A stretch of 64,000 nt of DNA from the human T2T-CHM13v2.0 reference genome, Homo sapiens. The position numbers and the translations under genes were made by a program. The notes beneath the pieces were generated by a model. That model had not been told where the DNA came from. It saw nothing but the letters and a program-made list of their open reading frames with translations, and made no database searches. Of the stretch, positions 46,461 to 64,000 are shown one piece after another (positions within the stretch are counted from its first letter, which is position 1; every line of letters begins with the position of its first letter). The stretch lies in NCBI RefSeq assembly GCF_009914755.1, contig NC_060939.1, one strand, 5' to 3'.

Positions 46461-47514
46461 GAATCATACTTATTGGTTCATTGTTTCTGAAGAAACCAAA
46501 ATGGGAAATGTACATTTTTTTGACATTATTACCAAATTATCACTGACATCTCAATCTTAATTACTGAAACAGTTTTCAAAAATTTATTTTCTCTTGAATA
46601 AAAAAATGCTAGATCATATCTGAGGTTAAACAACTTTTCTAGTAATTCCTCTAAGTCTTCTTGATGTTCAATTGTTTAATGTAGCTACACACCAAGAGTG
46701 TCTGCTGAAAATGTTTATTTGGGAGGCTGATCTAAATGTAAATCTAGTGTTCTAATCCAGAACTATGAAGTAAATGTCAGAATAGTTCTTGAGAGTTATC
46801 AGTGTATTTGATGATATAAATTACCCTGCTTAACAGTGATATTGTTAAAGACATTATCTTAGAGTATGTTTTTATATTTAAATTATTATTTTTCAAAACT
46901 AAAGAGGCTCCATTTGATTTCACATGGATGTCGGCTTTATCAAGGCATCTTTATAAATTGCTACTAAGTCACTAACAGTCTGAGGTCTGAACGAATTAGT
47001 CTGTACCATAAAGTAATCAAGTTGAAGTAAGAATTTTAACTACAATTCAAGTGAAAATTCAGAATGGGTCTTTTTAACAGCAACTGCTGTGCTTCTAGAA
47101 ACTGAGAAAGGGGTTAGGGAAGATCTTTTAAGTTTCTAGAAATCTTCATGGGCTTTTACATTTTAATTTTTAGAATAAAAGTTATGTATACTGTCAGGAA
47201 TATGGATATTGTCAGGTAATGGATACCTAAGTAGAATTGATCCTGTTTGATGCTGAACCTTATATGTAGCAATAGTTTAATGTGATCTGTACTTTTAGGC
47301 TAATAAACATGGTATTTATCCTACTAATGAATCATCTAAGCACAGAACAAGGGGAAAGTTGAGTGATTCTGTCTTTCCAGATGATTCACATTATATTCTG
47401 ATTTTTTGAGTTTTACTCATATCCAAACGGTTCTTCATGCTGCCTGACATGCATTGATATACTTAAAAGCTGAAGGGTCACCCAGGAATATTTTATTTAT
47501 TCTGTTCTTTTTAG

Positions 47515-47613
<99 letters not shown>

Positions 47614-47952
47614 TGAAAGAATGAATAAAGTTTTTAGAAATATTTTCATTTCAATGTCATAATCATTTGGTCCTGGGAAAAAAATTTTAATGAGCATTTA
47701 AATGCAGTATCTTTGATAGGATGCCAATAAAGGAAATCCATTTATGTTGTCTGGGATTGTCAGTTGTCAAAAAGGCTGTAGCTGTTAGTAAGGAAAGCAA
47801 CAATTAACCAATAAGTAAAACTTCCATTTTGCTCAACATTTTCTCTTTTTGTTAATACCTCTCAAATGAGTGCTGTCCTGCTGCTGCCACTCATTGACTT
47901 CCTAGTCCTTTTAGCCTTGACATTTGGACTGCACAGTGTTTCTCTCTGGTAA

Positions 47953-49147
<1,195 letters not shown>

Positions 49148-49960
49148 AAATTGTCAGCTCTTTATCCTGGCACTGAAGGTGCTTGACAAGTTGATCCCAC
49201 CCTACCTTTCCATTGTTAAAGTCAGTTATTTACTTTCCTGGATTCTTCACCCCAGCATCATTGATTTCCCTACCATCTTCTGAATATGTCTTAAACTTAC
49301 CTTTCTCATACCTTTACTCATACTTTTCCCTTTATATATGTAGGCCTTTCTGGTGCTTTGTGCATTTAAATGTTCCCCATCTTTTAGAACCTAGTTTAAG
49401 TTCCTTCTCCTCATTGCTTTCCTAATATATACCAACTCATAATGAGCTCTTCTTCCTTTGAACTCCTATTTAAACTCTCCCTTTACCATTTGGTAGGCAA
49501 TAAACTATGTTTGGAATTAATAGATATTTGATATTGCTCTGTGATTTACCTCTTTAATTCTTTAAAAAAATTTTTTTACTTCCAACTAAATTATTAAAAT
49601 TTTTGAAGAAAGACTATGTTTTATACTTTTATGTTCCTAATAGGACCATATTACGCTTGTGCATAGTAAAAATTCAGAAATATTTATTGATTTATTTTAG
49701 CTTAGAAGTAAGAAGATGTGTGCTACTACTTATGTCTAGGCAGTGTAATCGGTTTCTTCCTTTCTTTTAGGCAGTTTAATTTTTATAGAAATTGAAACTA
49801 TCATAGAAAAAAGCTAAAATTATCCTGGTTACATTGGAGAAAAAGTATATATAGAATCAGTAGAAATTTGTATTGCAGTATACTTGACTTATTTGAGAAA
49901 GGAAACAAAAGACTTCACATTTCTTTCTCCGTATTTTTCTTTTATTTCAGTTATCTTTAG

Positions 49961-50149
<189 letters not shown>

Positions 50150-50592
50150 TAACTTGCCAAAACTGAGGTTTAACTGTCTAGTGGAAGTCTGATGCATTTT
50201 TGTATAAATATATATGTCTAAGAAATTCTATTCCACTTTAGTCTGAAACATAAAATTTGCATTAAAAGGGCAAGAGCATTGAGCAAGACTGTTTTCCAGG
50301 TTTATTTCCTATCCATAACACTATTCTCTCAACTCATTTTCAAGTTAATGAAATAATTAAAACTCTCTTAGAACATTATTGACTACAATAGATTTACAGA
50401 GGCATTTGCAACCAGTTTCATTTTAGTGTTTCAGAGTATACTATTGTCCTTGTTAACTGTAATAAACATTAAAACGTATATAAAACAGAAGTAAGCTTCC
50501 TTATAGAAGCCATATGGTAACAGTATTGGGTAGAAATGACCTAAGGCTAATAAGCAAACTTGTTCTGTTTTTACCCACTGATTCTTTTTCAG

Positions 50593-50663
50593 CCCCTTCT
50601 CAAAGTCAGCATGTCAATGAGAGACTGCTTGATACTTGTCCTTCGGAAAGCTATGTTTGCCAA
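50593..50663 (+). CDS. FANCI: FANCI exon 16 (monoubiquitination site K523)
   Basis: PLLKVSMSMRDCLILVLRKAMFA; cumulative count puts codon 523 = AAA at 50647-50649. Confidence 0.97.
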
Positions 50664-51958
50664 GTATGTAGCATCTTTTTCTATCATAGGAAGACGTTGT
50701 CTTCTAATGTTGGAGCTAAAGTTATCTCTGCCATCTCCTAGTACCACCTGTTCACAGTGATCATGAGAATTCCTAGCCCCGCAGAGCAATTTCATCAAAT
50801 AAGGCATTTTGCTAAGTGCTTTATGTGCTTTTTTCATTTAGTCTTCAGAGCAACCCTATGAAGTAAGAATTATTGCAATTCCCATTTTACAGATAAGAAA
50901 AGTTAGGCTTAGAGAAGATGAGTGACTTTCCAAAAGTAAAACAGTAGTTGGTGGTGGAGCAAGGATTCAAAGTCAGGTCTAACATCAGAGCTTGTGATGT
51001 CAAGTACTTTGCTCTACTACATTAGAATAATCTTCAGGGTAATGTTCTAGTGTCAAATACTCTGAAACCTGAGCTGGCAGCAGTTCCAAAGGGGAAAGTA
51101 CCTTAGTCAAGAAGATTATACTTAAGAATCTCATTTTAGTGAACATCTGAATTATGATCTAGAGGCTAGTAGATCAAATTAATTGTTGAGGGGAATGAGT
51201 TTTATTTGTAGCTTAGCCAGTCCCTCCTAACATCTCTTCCTTTATTTCTTAGTATATAAGCTAGAGATGATCTTGCCATCTCCTAAAAATATAAGACAGT
51301 AATATGTGAAAAGCATTTGGTACTTTGAGGATAAGATGCCCAATTAATATCACATTGGCCATATTATAATATATTCATGGGTGTCCAGAGGAACAACTAA
51401 GCCATATGCTATTATCTTTGTTCTAGAATTAAAAGTTTTTGTTACTCCTCACCCAAAGGCATAGCGAATAGACTGAGATATTACGTTGTAACATCTTTAA
51501 CATGAATTAATCATTGCGCCTCAGTGAGAAGACAAGTGTGACATTTTCTGGATGGACAGTTTACATGGCATCAAATATTACATTATCCTATGATGAAAGA
51601 GAGCATATGAAGGGAAGCACTCCTTCAAACATGGCAAAATCAGCAATTTCTTACATTTGAGTAACCAGCCAATTTTACAGTCTCTCAGCAGTCTTCTTAT
51701 TCCTCACATAGACTTGAGAGCAGGATAGAAGGAAGTAGAGTATCATGAGTTAAGTATTGAAAAAAGTCAGTTGAATTTCTGTACTATAAATTGCTTTGAA
51801 CAGCTGATACCTTATTTTGAGTACATAAATTCACTTTGTTTTGCTCTACGCTTCATTGTTTATACATATGCCTTCTCTGTATGCAACTAGCTGGATTTTT
51901 CTGACCCAGAAGCATATTCCTGTGAAATAGTACTGTTTGTTAACTTCTCTATTTCTGA

Positions 51959-52132
<174 letters not shown>

Positions 52133-52197
52133 TGAAATGCACGCTGTTTTCTTTTATTCCTGTTATGGTTGTAAGAATGATCCTAGAACTAAAGAGT

Positions 52198-52238
52198 CTG
52201 ATGATGATGATGGTGCTGATGATGATGATGATGATGAT
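52198..52238. repeat. Imperfect (GAT)n microsatellite
   Basis: TGATGATGATGATGGTGCTGATGATGATGATGATGATGAT. Confidence 0.85.
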
Positions 52239-52279
52239 ATTGGCTAACACTCATTAATGGCAGATTTACTGTATGCTAA

Positions 52280-52915
52280 ACTGTGCTATCCAGTATGGTA
52301 GCCACTGTCCTCAGTGTGGCTATTGAATGGAACATTTGATTGAAATGTGGCTAGTCCACATTGTGTTGTGCTATACATGCAAAATTCATACCAGATTTTG
52401 AAATAAAAGAATGTAAAAATCTAATAATTTTTAATATTGATTACATCTTCAGAGAGAATTTTGTATGTGTTGGGTTACAGAAAACATTAAAATTTGACTT
52501 TATCTCTTTCTCTTTTTTAATGTGGCTACTAGAAAATATAAAATTACATACATGGCTTGCATTTGTGGTTCATATTATATTTCTTTCTTTTTTTTTTTTT
52601 GAGACGGAGTCAGTCTGTCACCCAGGCTGGAGTGCAGTGGCGCGATCTCGGCTCACTGCAACTCACTGCAAGCTCTGCCTCCCGGGTTCACGCCATTCTC
52701 CTGCCTCAGCCTCCCGAGTAGCTGGGACTACAGGCGCCTGCTACCGTGCCTGGCTAATTTTTTGTATTTTTAGTAGAGATGGGGTTTCATTGTGTTAGTC
52801 AGGAGGTCTCGATCTCCTGACCTCGTGATCCACCCGCCTCGGCCTCCCAAAGTGCTGGGATTACAGGCGTGAACCACCACACCCGGCCCATATTATATTT
52901 CTTTTGGATAGCACG
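52280..52915. mobile_element. MER33/MER3-like MITE split by antisense AluY (~52578-52889)
   Basis: GTGCTATCCA...TGGATAGCAC inverted termini; Alu TSD CATATTATATTTCTTT. Confidence 0.8.
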
Positions 52916-53902
52916 GTGCTAGATATTGTGCCAAAATGCTTTACATTTATTATCTCATTTAATCTTCACAGCAGTCCTCTGAGGCTAGATACTATTATTA
53001 TCCCATTTTCTTACGTCATTGTATTTACTTTGCACAGGAACATATATTACACCTTGTAATCTGGGAAAACAAAACTTTTTATAATAATCTGGTAATCTAG
53101 GCTTTGGAGCAATAAAATTGTCTTCATAATTTAAATGATGTACTATAAGATTTATAAATAGGAGACATTTATATATAACAGTTTGACTAGGAATCCTCAC
53201 TTTATTGCTTTGGTATAACTACATAAAGCTTTGTCTATAACATATAGCATAGATTAAATATTAGGAACACTAGATATCATTTGTGTGTTATTATCCCCAT
53301 TTTAAAGACAGGGAAACTGAGGCTGAGCCAGGTTAAATAACTTGCCCAAGGTTATATAACCAAGAAAGGGTGGAAGAAGGATTTGGCCTCAGGCAGTATG
53401 AACTACATTACTGTGATGCCTGGAGTAAGGATTAGGAATTCTTGGTCTATAATTGCTGATTTTATTATGTAATTTACACAAAGGATGTCAGTTCTTTGTC
53501 ATGTCCATTTCTAAACAAAAGACTGTCTTCCTCTCAACCTTTCTAGAATTTGTGGAATAGTGAGATTCTTCTAGCTATTGAAGAAGTCTTAGACCTTTTA
53601 AATAAAATTATGTATATTGTTACTACTGGATTCTAGTGGCTTGAAATAAGCAGTGTACCTTCCTAAGCAATTGATATTGTCAAGGAAACCTTAAGGAATA
53701 TGAACAGTTAATTTTGTTAAAATGCTTAAAAATTCTCTTATTCCAAACCAGAATAAGAGTGACACTTACTACTGCATGGTAATGATTATACTGTGTGTCT
53801 CACCCCTGGGGTTTGGCATGTGGAGGAAGCTAAGTTTTTTCGACCAAGAACATAGGCTCATTTAGCTCCTTATTGGAAACAGCTTTGGTAAGATAGACGT
53901 GA

Positions 53903-54055
<153 letters not shown>

Positions 54056-55259
54056 TAGAATGGAAAGAATGTAGCAAAACCCCAACTAATAATTTTTATT
54101 TTAGTAATTTTTTTCCTGATTATAAAAGTACAATAGCTATGCTCTTACTTGATGTAGTCAGCACCAGTAGCTAGTGATGTTTAGTCAAAAAGTTGTTTAA
54201 GGCAGGGCACAGTGGCTCACACCTGTAATCCCAACACCTTGTGAGGCCAAGGCAGGAGGATCAAGCAAGACTCTGTCTTTACAAAAAATAAGAAAATAAA
54301 AAACATTAGCTGGGTGTGGTGGCATGCGCCCGTGGTCCCAGCTACTCAGGAGGCTGAGGCAGGAGGATCCCAGCAGTGAGGCTGCAGTGAGCTATGATCA
54401 CACCACTGCCCTCCAACCCAGGCAACAGTGAGACCTTGTCTCTCAAAAAAATTTTTTTAAGGTGAGAAATCATAAAACACAGTTGATAGACCTTAAATAT
54501 TTTATTTTAATTTGAAATATTTAAATATACTATAAATTTGCCAGTCTTAAGACTAAGTCCTTTTTTTTGCTTTGTTAATGATTACAAGTTTACTTCCTGC
54601 CTCTCATACAAACCCATACCCTTAATTTATTGCCTATAGTTTCAAATTTGTGTTTACCTAAAGTGGTATGAAAACTTTAAGCTACCTCAGATACAGTTTA
54701 GCACAAAAATCTTTTAGATAGCTTCAGTTTTTTCTCTTTTTACAATTGTGTTACCTCTAATTTATCAGAAATTGGTTTGAGAGACTGACTTTCCAAACAT
54801 TGTTCCAAACTTAGTTTTTTTTTTTCTTTGGGACAGAGTCTCGCTCTGTCACCCAGGCTGGAGTGCAGTGGCACAATCTCGGTTCACTGCAGCCTCCATC
54901 CTCCATCTCCTGGGTTCAAGCAGTTCTCCTGCTTCTCAACCTCCCAAGTACCTGGGATTACAGCCATGCACCACCATGCCCAGCTGATTTTTGTATTTTT
55001 AGTAGAGATGGGATTTCACCATGTTGGCCAGGCTGGTCTTGTACTCCTGGCCTCAAGTGATCCACCTGTCTCGGCATCCCAAAGTATTGGGATTACAGGC
55101 GTGAGCCACCATGCCTGGCCTAACTTAGTTTTTATAAAAGCAACTTCTTTTTCTTTTTGCACTGGGTTTTCAACAGTTTACTGAACGTCTGATTAAATCA
55201 CTAGTTATTATGACAGTACAGCTAAGAGAAATACAACTACTGACTTGTGATTAGCATAT

Positions 55260-56966
<1,707 letters not shown>

Positions 56967-57446
56967 TATTCTGTATAAACCACATTGTTTAAACAGTTAA
57001 GGCACAGTGAGCCACTCTTCTTTAGGGTGAGCTTTGTGTCAGTGTAAGTAACTGTTTACCAGCTAAATTCTCAGCCACCAGCTGGCAAAGGTGCACTAAG
57101 GATAGGCAGTCTTAGACTTCATGTGTTAACTCTTGTGCAGTCCTTGATATGCCCCTTCCCCCCCAAAAAAAATCTTCACCCTTATTTAGCTCTAAAGTAA
57201 AAAAAATTAACATGAAGTGGATCATAGACTTAAACCTATTAGAATATTGCTGTTCATTTATTCATCAGTCTTAGTATATCATTGGTATATAAAAATACCT
57301 TATGTAGTGATAAAACTTGTCATATTTGTTGCAAGTGTATGCCAGATTGCCATTTGCTTTTTTTTTAATATGATCCTTTTACACTTAAATAATAATTTTT
57401 GGTTACTAAATCTATTGATTTTCTTCCTCTGAGATGTCTTCTATTA

Positions 57447-58818
57447 CTTTTTTTTTTTTTTTAAGAGACAGAGTCTTCCTCTGTTATCCAGGCTGGAGTG
57501 CACTAGTGCAGTCTAACTCACTGCAGCCTCCAGCTCCTAGGCTCAAATAATCCTCTTGCCTCAGCCCCATCCCCAAACGATTGGGACCATAGGCACAAGC
57601 CACTGCACCCAGCTAATTTTTCTGTTTGTTTTTTTTTTTAACCTTTTGTAGAGACAGGGTCTCACTTTGTTGCCCAGGATGGTCTCAAATGCCCTGGCTT
57701 CAAGCGATCCTCCTGCCTCAGTCTTCCAAAGTGCTGGGATTAAAAGCATGAGCTACCGTGCCCGGCCCATCTTTATTATTATTTTATCTGTAGAAAGTCC
57801 AAATCCTTCCAATGAATATTCACTAACATTTTCTTTGAGGTTTTTTTTTTTATGCATTTGTTTTTGACGTTTAGCTACTTAATTCATCCTGAATTTGTAT
57901 GATAATATATATGAGGAGCTTTTCCCCCAAGCTAACCATTTGTTCAGACATCATTGCCTCCTTAATGTGTACTATGTATCTCTGTATGCCATTTTAAAAT
58001 TTTGCCTGTAGATTTTTGTGCCAAGACAAAGTGTCTTTTTATTATTATTACACATTCATAAAATATTTTAATTGCTGTTAGGATTAATTTTCCTTTGTTC
58101 CGTTCCTTTCCCCTTTCCCCTTTTTCCGTTTTCCTTTCCTTTCCGATGGAGTCTCACTCTGTTGCCCAGACTGGAATGCAGTGGTGCGGTCTCGGGTCTC
58201 AGCTCACCACAACCTCCCCATCCCCAGTTTAAGCGATTCTCCTGCCTCAGCCTCCCAAGTAGCTGGGATCACAGGCGTGCATCACCATGCCTGGCTAATT
58301 TTTATATTTTTAGTAGAGATGGGGTTTCACCATGTTGACCAGGCTGGTCTCGACTTCCTGACCTCAGGTGATCCCTCCTGCCTTGGCCTTCCAAAGTGCT
58401 GGGATTACAGGCATGAGCCACCGTGTCTGGCCTGTTTCTTTTCTTTAAACAAAAAAATTTTTTTGATCAATTCTCATTTGCTTTTACTCACAGATGAACT
58501 GTATAACCTCTTTTCCAGGTTCCAGAATGAAAGTTCTCCCCAGGATTTTTTTTTTTTTTAAGACAGAGTTTTGCTCTATTGCCCAGGCTGGAGTGCACTG
58601 GTGTGATCTCAGCTCACTGCAACCTTCATACCTCAGCCTCCCGAGTAGCTGTGATTACAGGCATGTGCCACCACACCTGGCTAATTTTTGTATTTTTTAG
58701 TAGAGACAGGGTTTTGCTGTGTTGGCCAGGCTGGTCTCGAGCTCTTGGCCTCAAGTGATCTGCCTGTCTCAGCCTCCCACAGTGCTGGGATTACAGGTGT
58801 GAGTTACTTCACCTGGCT
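57447..58818 (-). mobile_element. Three antisense Alus (~57447-57768, ~58090-58432, ~58546-58818)
   Basis: Alu consensus; TSD CCCCAGGATTTT for the last. Confidence 0.88.
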
Positions 58819-59039
58819 TCCCCAGGATTTTACTCTGAGCAGTTCTTAACTAAGACTAGGACATTTTGGGTGGGAAAAAAATATGGTCATTTATATTAGG
58901 GCATTTAGGACTGTCAAATATGGTCTCAATAGGAAAAAACTGAGAAGAGGATAAAGAAAGTGTTATTTTTAAGTTATGATTGTCCAGATCACTAGTATCT
59001 CTGTTAAAGTGCTTATTTCTTCTCTTTGATTCCTCTTAG

Positions 59040-59108
59040 GGGTTTTATGATGTTCTTCGAAGGAACTCTCAGCTGGCTAATTCAGTCATGCAAACTCTGC
59101 TCTCACAG
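59040..59108 (+). CDS. FANCI: FANCI exon 19
   Basis: [23 protein letters not shown]; 69 nt. Confidence 0.95.
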
Positions 59109-60439
59109 GTAAAATACATTTTTATGGATATATGGAAAACAGACCATCAAGGATCGAGAGACAGTTGATGGTTTTCAGACCTTTCAAAATATAAAATAAT
59201 TCCCAACTAGTACATTAGTACTTTGTGAACATGCTGTGGGTATGTTATGCTGTTCTGGGTTGTCTTATCTCGGTCACCACTTACCTGTCTGCCATAATAC
59301 CATCATCTAGCAGTTATCCTTGTGAATTAACAGTCTGTATCCTAAGTCAGAAGGACATTTTGAAGAACCATTTATATAAGGACCATTGCAACTGTATCCA
59401 TTATGTTATATTTCTGAAAGAAAAAAGAAATCCAAAACAAATATAGCAAAATATTATTTCTTAAATCTGGGTAATGGATACATGGATGTCTTTTACATTC
59501 CTTTCTGCACTTTTCAGTTAACAAATTTTTAAATTAGAAGATTAAATTCTTCTAATCTTCAAGACTAGAAGAATTCATATAGAGACTCTCTACCAGGAGG
59601 GTTCCTTTAGACCCCTAGTCTATCATTTTGTTTGCTGTCTCTCAATGCCATTGCTTTGTGATAGTTATGAAATTTCATTTAAAATTAAGGTCTCAGATGT
59701 GTGAAATTATTGGAAGTTCCCATACTGTCCATCAAAAGCTTTTCATCTGGCCTTAGGCTTGATCCTATATAAAATTTATATTCTGTCAGCTATATTGTAT
59801 CTTTCAAACTGTAATCAACACATCTACATTCACACGTTTAACAAAAATAGAAAATTATGTTTGAAGGCATAGAATAGCGCTTTCTGACTCAGGTTAATAT
59901 GCAGGACAGTAAAATTCTGCAGACTCCAAAAGTTAAAAGGAGAAAAATAATAACTCATATTTTTTTTGGCTGTCTTATATGCCAAATACTGTTTGAAGTA
60001 CTTTACATGTATTGTCATGTTTAATCCTTATACAATGATTATTAATAATATCCTCATTTTTAAGATGAGGAATCACGGTACAGATACTTTTATAAAAACC
60101 AGTAATAAGTAGTGGTACTGGGATCTTGGACTCAGCCAGTCTGACTCTGGATCCTGTATTTTTAACCTCCAAGTTAACTGAAAATGTTGATTGCATGTAC
60201 AAGTTTAGGAATAGAAGGAATTGGAATAGGAAAGATGATCCTAATCTGTACAATATCCAAAGCAAGAGCACAGGATGTGGGTGAGCCAAAGAAATAAAAA
60301 CTTGGCTGCATTGTTCTTTGAACAGTTGGGAAATGTGTGTTAGAAGGCATTAGACATTAAAGATACCTTTCACCTGAGAAGTTAAAAAAGTAAAAAGCAT
60401 TTATGAGCCAAGATGTCTTTTTTTTCTTACTATACACAG

Positions 60440-60541
60440 TTAAAACAGTTCTATGAGCCAAAACCTGATCTGCTGCCTCCTCTGAAATTAGAAGCTTGTA
60501 TTCTGACCCAAGGAGATAAGATCTCTCTACAAGAACCACTG
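60440..60541 (+). CDS. FANCI: FANCI exon 20
   Basis: [34 protein letters not shown]; 102 nt. Confidence 0.95.
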
Positions 60542-61493
60542 GTGAGACTTTTATTCTTCCTTCAACCATTATTTTTAGTATTAAGGATAGGGTTGAACTT
60601 TGCAAAGAGATACCTTTCCCTGTGAAACTCTCTTCCTGGTTCTTCCAATGAATGTTTACTTTTAAGTCTTCCCTGCTTATCATTTCTGAACCATTATCAT
60701 TTTGGATCTATTGGTAAGTTATCTCCATGTTAGCCCTTTACTAAATCAAGGCTTCCATCACTTCCCCCAGAGAATATTTTATCTCATTTATGAATCTTTG
60801 ATTACATTCACTAAATAAATGTACTTTAGAATGGGGAGAGGGATGATGTCACCTACGAACAGATGAACCTAGGGGACCTGCTTCATTAGTCTAGAGGAAG
60901 TATATGATTTAGGCTGAACTAGGATTGGCACTGTTGAACCTTCAGAGGAGCTAGGCCTGGTTGACTTTCTGTTCTTATCTAGCCTCAGAAGGACAGCGAA
61001 GAGGATAAAAATGGAAACTCCCACCCCAAGTGACTTATAACTCATGGCAGAAGAAAGGAGGAAGTCTTTCAGTTGTCATATCTTGCCTTCATTTTTGTGC
61101 CTTCTGTGACATGAGATGTCCTCAGCCTAGATCTAAGATGCTGTGTTGGTCTCCTAAAGATTCCCTCAACATAAACCTCTATCTTTAGAATAGCCTCTGG
61201 GACTCAAATGAACTAGAGAAGATTTAACTTCACCACCTAGCTCCAGGGTTATTTATCAGACCAGAGATAGCACATCTAATGTTGCATTTTGAGGTGTCAG
61301 CCACTTAGGCCAATTTTCGGGGGGAAGCATTAGAAAAGGATGCTGCTGTTCAATTAATTTTCCCAGTTTTGTTAATTTAGATGGACTTAATTTGTAACGC
61401 CAATGAATCATTTTCTTTAGCCTTATAGATAAGAATTATTTGCTGGTTATGAACAACTTTATAAGTTATCCATCAACACTCAAGAGTATTTAA

Positions 61494-61733
<240 letters not shown>

Positions 61734-61768
61734 TAGTAGCTTGTTAATTTTTATCTTGTGTCTTTTAG

Positions 61769-61891
<123 letters not shown>

Positions 61892-62231
61892 TAAGGTTTT
61901 GCTATAACTCCATTTGTAATTTGATGAATTCTCCATTTTATTTACATATTTTTACTGTAGCAGTATTCTAGGCAGTAAACAGACCACAGACGATGACACT
62001 GTCTCTTAAATGAGCACCTAGTCTAAGACTAAACTGTGTTCTTTCCACTAGAGAGCGCTGAAGTATATGCTTACCAGGCCTATAAAATGAAAGCCTTCCA
62101 GCAGGGTTTCACTTACTCAGAATTTCCCAGACCCTGAATTCAAGAACTCCTAATTTTAACATGGAAATTTTGATTGGTGGTAGTATTGGACTTTAATACT
62201 CTGCAGGGACTGGTATAAATAAGGGAGGGGA

Positions 62232-62476
62232 GGCCAGGTGCGGTGGCTCACGCCTGTAATCCCAGAACTTTGGGAGGCCAAGCTGGGTGTATCACTTGAG
62301 GTCAGGAGTTCAAGACCAGCCTGGCCAACATGGTGAAACCCCATCTCTACTAATAATGTAAAACTTAGCCAGGTGTTAGTGCCTGGGACCTGTAGTCCTA
62401 GCTACTCGGGAGGCTGAGGCAGGGGAATCACTTGAGCCTGGGAGGCGGAGGTTGCAGTGAGCCAAGGTCACACCAG
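62232..62476 (+). mobile_element. AluS lacking its 3' end and tail
   Basis: Consensus stops at GGTCACACCA. Confidence 0.85.
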
Positions 62477-62585
62477 GGGAAACAAAACCCAGATAGATTG
62501 CTGTGACCTGGGAGTATTATATTAATGAAGTTCTATTCATTTATAATGTTACGTCTAAAATATGACATTTAAAGAAGCATTGTGA

Positions 62586-62825
<240 letters not shown>

Positions 62826-63127
62826 TAAGGTTCTGCTAGAGTGCTTAAAGACAGCCACTCCCTGAGGATCGTATACCTACCTAGGCTCACTTGTTTCACC
62901 TCGTTTGGATTGTTTACAGTAAGAAATAAGTCAGGAGGTTTTATTTTTCTTGAAATAAAAGCTGGACAATCCTAGGTAGGTACTTTAAGTAGGTACCTTG
63001 AATTATTAAAGGACAAATGAGAAACAGTGGGCCAATAAATGAAAAGATAGGGATGAATTCCAGCAGGGTGTTTTAAGAAAATCTATGTAAGTAGCTTGTA
63101 CAAGATAACAGATATAAAAAGGTAGGG

Positions 63128-63443
<316 letters not shown>

Positions 63444-63741
63444 TTAAAAATACAAAGGGACAAAAAAAAACCTAAAAGACTAAGACTGACATTTAAATTT
63501 TATCAAAGTAAAGGATTTGGGGAGGGAGAGAAAATGAGGAACCACTAAGAATAACGATTATAAAAGGGCAGCCATAGCAGTGACTATAGCTTGGGCTGCC
63601 TAGAGAGTCTGCCAGTCGGAACTTACTGGCAAGCTCTGTTGGGTGCTGCTGTTCTGAACAATTTCTAGAAAGCTTAATTCCATATACCAATAGCAGTAAG
63701 GGAATCTTCCTTTTTCTTTCTCTCTCTCTGTCTCTCTCTAG

Positions 63742-63921
63742 GGATAGTATCCAAAGCCACCAAGAAAGCCTTTCTGTTCTCAGGTCCAGCAATGAGTTTA
63801 TGCGCTATGCAGTGAATGTAGCTCTGCAGAAAGTACAGCAGCTAAAGGAAACAGGGCATGTGAGTGGCCCTGATGGCCAAAACCCAGAAAAGATCTTTCA
63901 GAACCTCTGTGACATAACTCG
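63742..63921 (+). CDS. FANCI: FANCI exon 24 (180-nt frame-neutral exon); gene continues beyond window
   Basis: DSIQSHQESLSVLRSSNEFMRYAVNVALQKVQQLKETGHVSGPDGQNPEKIFQNLCDIT; (CT)n pyrimidine tract, |GTAAGC donor. Confidence 0.95.
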
Positions 63922-64000
63922 GTAAGCCACTCCCACCCCTTAGAAACTTATTCCACTTGGCTGTGGTGTCTCCAAGAGAACAAACTGGGAACAGAGGATG

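Noticed and set aside
63832-63832. Codon 849 reads AAA, which I recall may differ from the commonly used reference
   Set aside because: Synonymous and not verifiable without a database

Overview
Primate (human-like) genomic DNA containing the CpG-island promoter and exons 1-24 of FANCI (Fanconi anemia group I) on the + strand. Coding exons 2-24 splice at GT-AG sites into one open frame of 2636 nt (~878 codons), and the gene continues past the window end. Upstream (2544-9133, - strand) lies a defective, internally deleted HERV-K (HML-3-type, MER9 LTR) provirus in a four-level nest (L2 > AluSc > provirus > AluY). The rest is Alu/L1/L2/MIR/MaLR/DNA-transposon-rich intron; repeat boundaries and subfamilies are by-eye estimates. 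I found no new multi-gene system. The most notable observations are: (1) a tiny retro-insertion whose 17-bp target-site duplication duplicated the exon 12 splice acceptor, leaving a possible poison acceptor 56 nt upstream; (2) an out-of-frame upstream AUG 10 nt before the FANCI start, opening a 30-codon overlapping uORF; (3) an apparent local retro-copy of a tandem-Alu junction; (4) a long open proviral dUTPase-protease frame.
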